Assembly: GCA_028534125.1 (NCBI GenBank)
Contig: CM052816.1
Location: 372,001-436,000, forward strand
Direction: 5' to 3'
DNA from: Lama glama
Lineage: Eukaryota
Length of the DNA: 64,000 nt
This document shows, one piece after another, positions 59,667-64,000 of this stretch. How positions within the stretch are numbered: position 1 is the stretch's first letter; each line of letters opens with the position of its first letter. The translations under genes and the position numbers were made by a program. A model generated the notes under the pieces. That model worked only from the letters and a program-made list of their open reading frames with translations, was not told where the DNA came from and made no database searches.

Positions 59667-60686
59667 GTGAGAGTAGTCCTTACCATTAATAAAATCTAAC
59701 TTCTCTGCACCACACCTTCTTAAGAAGGGTGAAGAAGTTGCCGAAACTTAAAGCAAAATGAAATCCTGGATTCTGTAAGCCTGGGCTCTCTGTGGCCTCA
59801 CCCTTTGCCCCAGACAGGGGTGAGACTCTGGGTTCTGAGCTCAGGGACAGCCCCAGGGGCCACTGAAGAGGCATTTGTGCAGGCCAAGCCAGCTGGCTGT
59901 TCTCAGCCCCACTCAGATGGAAACCATGAGGTTGCATCATTTCTGAACCTTGCACTCACTTCCAGGCCCCCAGACCTCCCAGATCTGAACTTCTGCACTA
60001 GGGGCCAGGGAGGGAGCATTTTCCAGAAGCCCCAGATGGGCCACGCTCAGGGGGATTTGAGGGCGCCACTGAATAAAGGGGCGTTAATCAACCCCCTTTA
60101 TTCAGTGACTTGCTCCCAGTTCCCTTCCTCTGGCCTTTCCCATATCACCTGTCTCCTGAGGACTCTGCTGCACCCCACTTAATGGGAGTCAACCGCGTCC
60201 AGTTTTGCAGGACCAGACCCCAGGACAGGCTGGTAGGCTTGGAGCCACCTCTTGGCCAGCAGCCTCACAGGACAGCAGCTTTCCCGAGGTGCGGCCCCAG
60301 GGTTTTGGGGGCTCAAGTTGCAGCCTGAGAAAGTTCTGCAGGCCCTGGTGTCTCACCCCAGACTGAGGCTGGGCAGGGCAGGCTGGGGAGGCTCCTGGAA
60401 CCAGAGCTACCGGGGCCCCAGGCTCAGGGCTCTGCCAAGGGCTGTGGGTGACACATTGGCAAATGGGGTCTGGTCTCGGCACCTGCTGACCTTGGAGGGT
60501 CCCACCCCACACAGTCTTGCACACGGCTTCCTGGGAGCGGCAGCGACAGAGTTCAGTTCTGTGGCACATATCTGAGTGGCACTATGCGTGCTCGCCATAG
60601 CTCAGAGGACAAGTACCCTTCTCTCGGGTTTTCCAAGTGGCTTGAGGACTCAGAAGGCAGGACAAGGGGAGTGTTGAGAGGCCTGC

Positions 60687-61234
60687 TCACTGGGGAGCCA
60701 GCATGTCTCCAGGGCCACCTTTCAGCCTGCAGATGGTCATAGGGGTTGGGCTGCTGGACAGAGGTGAGAAGAGGGCCCGCAGCGTCCCCGAGAAAGGCGT
60801 CTCAGGGAAGGTATACAAGAGCGACCCATCGCTGGCGCTGTAGAAGGATAGATGTCCGGCCTCGTAGTCCAGAAAGATGCCCACGCGCCGAGGCGGGTCT
60901 CGGAGGGGGGCGAACGCCCGCTCGGAGGAGTTGTAGTAGCTCCCTAGGAACACGAGGAGCCAGAACCCGTTCCCCGCAAACAGCTCGCCCTTCTCCTTGC
61001 GGTTGGCGTCCTCCCTGCAGACGCCCAGCGCCCAGCTGGCCCGCTCCCCGACCTCCACCTCCCAGTAGTGGCGGCCCGACGTCAGGGGCTCCCGGCCCAG
61101 CACGCAAGGCCCAGGGTCGAACCGCTCAGGGCTGTCGGGCAGGGCCTGCCGCAGGTCCCCCCGCCGCACGCTCCTCCTGTCCTCCGACAGGATCAGCTCG
61201 GGATTGGCGGTGTCAGGATCCAGGGTGATGTCCC
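60687..61234 (-). CDS. TRIM11: TRIM11 last exon, PRY-SPRY (B30.2) domain
   Basis: [40 protein letters not shown]-terminus GDMLAPQ*; acceptor ctgcag|GG. Confidence 0.95.
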
Positions 61235-61810
61235 CTGCAGACAGAGCCGTGGTCACTCCTTGGAGCTGTCTGCCCCAGACCCACGTACCCTTGCAGTGTG
61301 TGCCTGATCACTAGCTGACCACGCCCCCGCCCATCGCAAAGACCACCTAACCACATTTGGTAGCATCTTGAAATGTTCTAGAAAGCAATCCACACTTCTC
61401 TGTGATCCATCCTCCATTAGAGGACAAAAGGAAACCCTGAGTGCTTTCCGTGTCCCATTCTCTTAGCCCCCAGAGAGAGGTGTGTGCATTCCAGGCCAGC
61501 TTTCATCCCAGGCTCCCTGTGCCTGGGGTCAGCACGGGTCCTCTGGCAGCTGACTAACCCCAGGAGGGTAGTGTCACTCTGCTTTTCCTAAATGCGTCAG
61601 TGAACAGTTTGGGGCCTGGCCTTCCCCTGGCTGCTATCTCCTGTCCGATGGCCCCAACACTTCCTGGTTTCTCATCCATGAACTTGGAGCCTGCGTGCCA
61701 TTCCTACCATGGACCCCAGCCCACCAGCAGGAGCTTGGAACTGGTACTCCCTCTGTGCTGGAGACAGTGGGTGGGATACCCCTGGCCTCTGCACACCACA
61801 CCGTGCTCAC

Positions 61811-61911
61811 CTCGAAACCTCCGCAAGGCCTCCACCAGCCCCGGGACCCTGCACACCGTCCGCATCTCCATGGGCACCACCTCAGGAGGCTGTAACTTCA
61901 CGTCCTGGACC
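61811..61911 (-). CDS. TRIM11: TRIM11 penultimate exon ([33 protein letters not shown])
   Basis: 101 nt, phase 2-1. Confidence 0.93.
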
Positions 61912-61998
61912 CTGGAGGGGCAGCAACAGGTGTCACCCCTGCGGTGGGCCTGCCTTGAGCCCTGCCCACCGTCCCTGGGGAGACGCCGAAGCTCCTAC

Positions 61999-62021
61999 CT
62001 GCGCAGGGTGTCCCTAATGTC
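61999..62021 (-). CDS. TRIM11: TRIM11 23-nt exon (DIRDTLR)
   Basis: cag|GAC...AG|gtagg; a 23-nt exon is typical of TRIM-B30.2 genes. Confidence 0.9.
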
Positions 62022-62630
62022 CTGTGGGAGAGACAGACACGGAGTCAGTGCCCATCCCCCGGTCCTGGGCCTCCCCTCACCCCAGCCCGGCCCCACACCA
62101 GTGTGCCCCCAAACCTGGCTTTGCTCCCCAACATCTCTCTGCTGGATGGACGAGCACACACACATTTGCGCAGTCAGAAACTGCCCTGGAGCTGTCATGA
62201 GTGTGGCTCAGACATGGGGACACTGGACAGAAGCTCCGGGCACCACCTGCCCTGCAGACCTGGCCCCATTCCGTCCACACACCTGGAGGGCACAGGGTAC
62301 CTGGCTGCCAGCTCACTTACCTACATTGCCCTAAGCGCCCCTGGGTGCCAGGACAGGCAGGGTGGGGTCCCAGACTTCAGGGGTTGGTGGCTGCGTCCAT
62401 CTTAGCCAGGATCCACACCTACATCGGCCCAGCACTTCCTGCCTCCCAGGCTCTGGGCACCCAGTTGTCCGGTGCCCATGGCCTCACCTGCTTCCATCTG
62501 CCCATCTGTCCTGCCCAGCCCGTGCCTGCTGCCCACCCTCAGGTCCCCACTCACGGCCTCCCTTCCTGGTGAGGCCTCTCTGCCTAGATGCGCCTCTCTC
62601 GTGATGATACACAAGAGCATTTTACTCAAG

Positions 62631-62990
62631 TGTCACGGGATGACTGTGTCCCCCTAAACCCACATATTGGAGCCTTAACGCCCATGGCCTCAGCATGGGG
62701 CTATGTTTGGAAATAGGGTCTTTAAAGAGGTTACCCTAGACCTGAAAATGCAGCCACGAGGATGGTAGCCTTATAAAAAGAGGTCAGGACACAGAAACAC
62801 ACAGAGGAGAGACTGTGGGAGGACACAGGGAGGTCATCTATACCCCAAGCAGAGAGACCTCAGGAGAAACCAACGCTGCGGATACTCTGATCTCAGACTT
62901 CCAGCCTCGGGGGCCGTGAGACTACAAATAAACGCCCATTGTTCGAGCCTTGCAGTCTCTGGTATTTGTCACACAGCCCGAGGTGACTCT
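62631..62990 (+). mobile_element. MLT1 (MaLR) LTR in TRIM11 intron
   Basis: TTTGGAAATAGGGTCTTTAAAGAGG..TGATCTCAGACTTCCAGCCTC..GTGAGAC..AATAAA..GGTATTTGT. Confidence 0.8.
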
Positions 62991-64000
62991 CAGGATTTGG
63001 AACACTGGCTCCTGGCAGCAAGGGGTCAGGTCTTTTGTCATTTTAGAGCAGCACCCAGTGCACAGCAGGGACCTGGCCCACACTGCCGACCCAATGAACC
63101 CTCCATGTGGTCATGCTAACTGCACTGCACCAGCTCCCAGACTAGACCCTGGGACGCAGGGGCAGATAAAGACACGCTGCCCAACAAGGGCTCCTCACAC
63201 ACACAGCGGTTGATTCTCTCTGAGGGGGAACAGAACACACTAGGCCTCAAAGGAAAAGGGAGACTTAGTGGGTTTCTGAAACCTGAGGAGAGCTCATCGG
63301 GAGACAAGGGAACACAGCACAGGCCTGGGGCACCAGGAGCCTGGTGTGGGCTGGATGCAAAGCAGGTAGCTCTTTTATCTGACTGATGGCACTGGGAAGT
63401 GGGTAATGTGGTCCTGGTTGTCACAAGGCCTGGCCAGCTCAGAAACAGCTTGTGTAGGGGGACACAGGAGAGAAGGAGAGGGACAGAACAAGGCCCTCCC
63501 TGCCTGGTGGGGAGGGACGAGGGGGCGGGGGTCTCGAGGAGAGGGGCTTGACCTCTGTGGAGATCACCTGGCCACTCCAGGCAGTGGGGACTCGGACACA
63601 TGTGCCTTTAGGAAAATGCTCTGGAGCCACGAAGGACAGGGGCAGGCCTGGAGGGCAGGCAGGATCCCAGACTGCAGCGACTAGGACTGTGAGGACGGGC
63701 TCCTCAGCCCTCCCAGACTCTAGGGGGCGCAGGCACAACCCTTACTTCTAGGTGCTGGGAACCAGGCGTGGAGCCTGGGTGCTCCCTGCAGCAGGCCTCC
63801 TGACTGAAACTGTGGGCCGAGGGTACGAGGCCACCCGCCCACCCTTACTCACCCCAGGACACATGGCGCCGCCCAGGGCTGCTCTCCCGCATCCTCCACG
63901 CAGCAGACCCCATCCTCACCCAGCACAGGCCAGGGGAGCTCTGGGGCTGATCGTGGTGGGTGAAGAATGGTGGGTATGCTTCCAGCAGCCAGCCAGCCAG

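Noticed and set aside
60687..62021. Assignment to TRIM17 or another B30.2 gene
   Set aside because: C-terminus and linker peptides match TRIM11 as recalled, and the position next to OBSCN agrees

Overview
Mammalian genomic DNA, probably camelid (it carries a tRNA-Ala-derived vic-1-like SINE). Positions 367-52586 (+) hold the 3' part of OBSCN (obscurin): tandem Ig exons, FnIII, IQ, SH3, RhoGEF (DH), PH and two more Ig domains. These are followed by the obscurin-A-specific exons (stop 43977-43979, AATAAA 44707) and the obscurin-B exons through kinase 1. I traced about 50 GT-AG exons by hand and their phases are consistent. The gene runs into an exactly 500-N assembly gap (52595-53094) that must hide the rest of obscurin-B. 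After a transposon-rich spacer, the last three exons and 3'UTR of TRIM11 lie on the minus strand. I found no new gene system. The most notable observations are a U12-type intron in the kinase domain, a perfect 15-bp hairpin masking AATAAA in the TRIM11 3'UTR, a fold-back LTR with ~180-bp inverted arms, an RBFOX/QKI motif cluster at the A/B isoform switch, and a twin-primed L1. Repeat family names and comparisons with human are from memory, not from searches.
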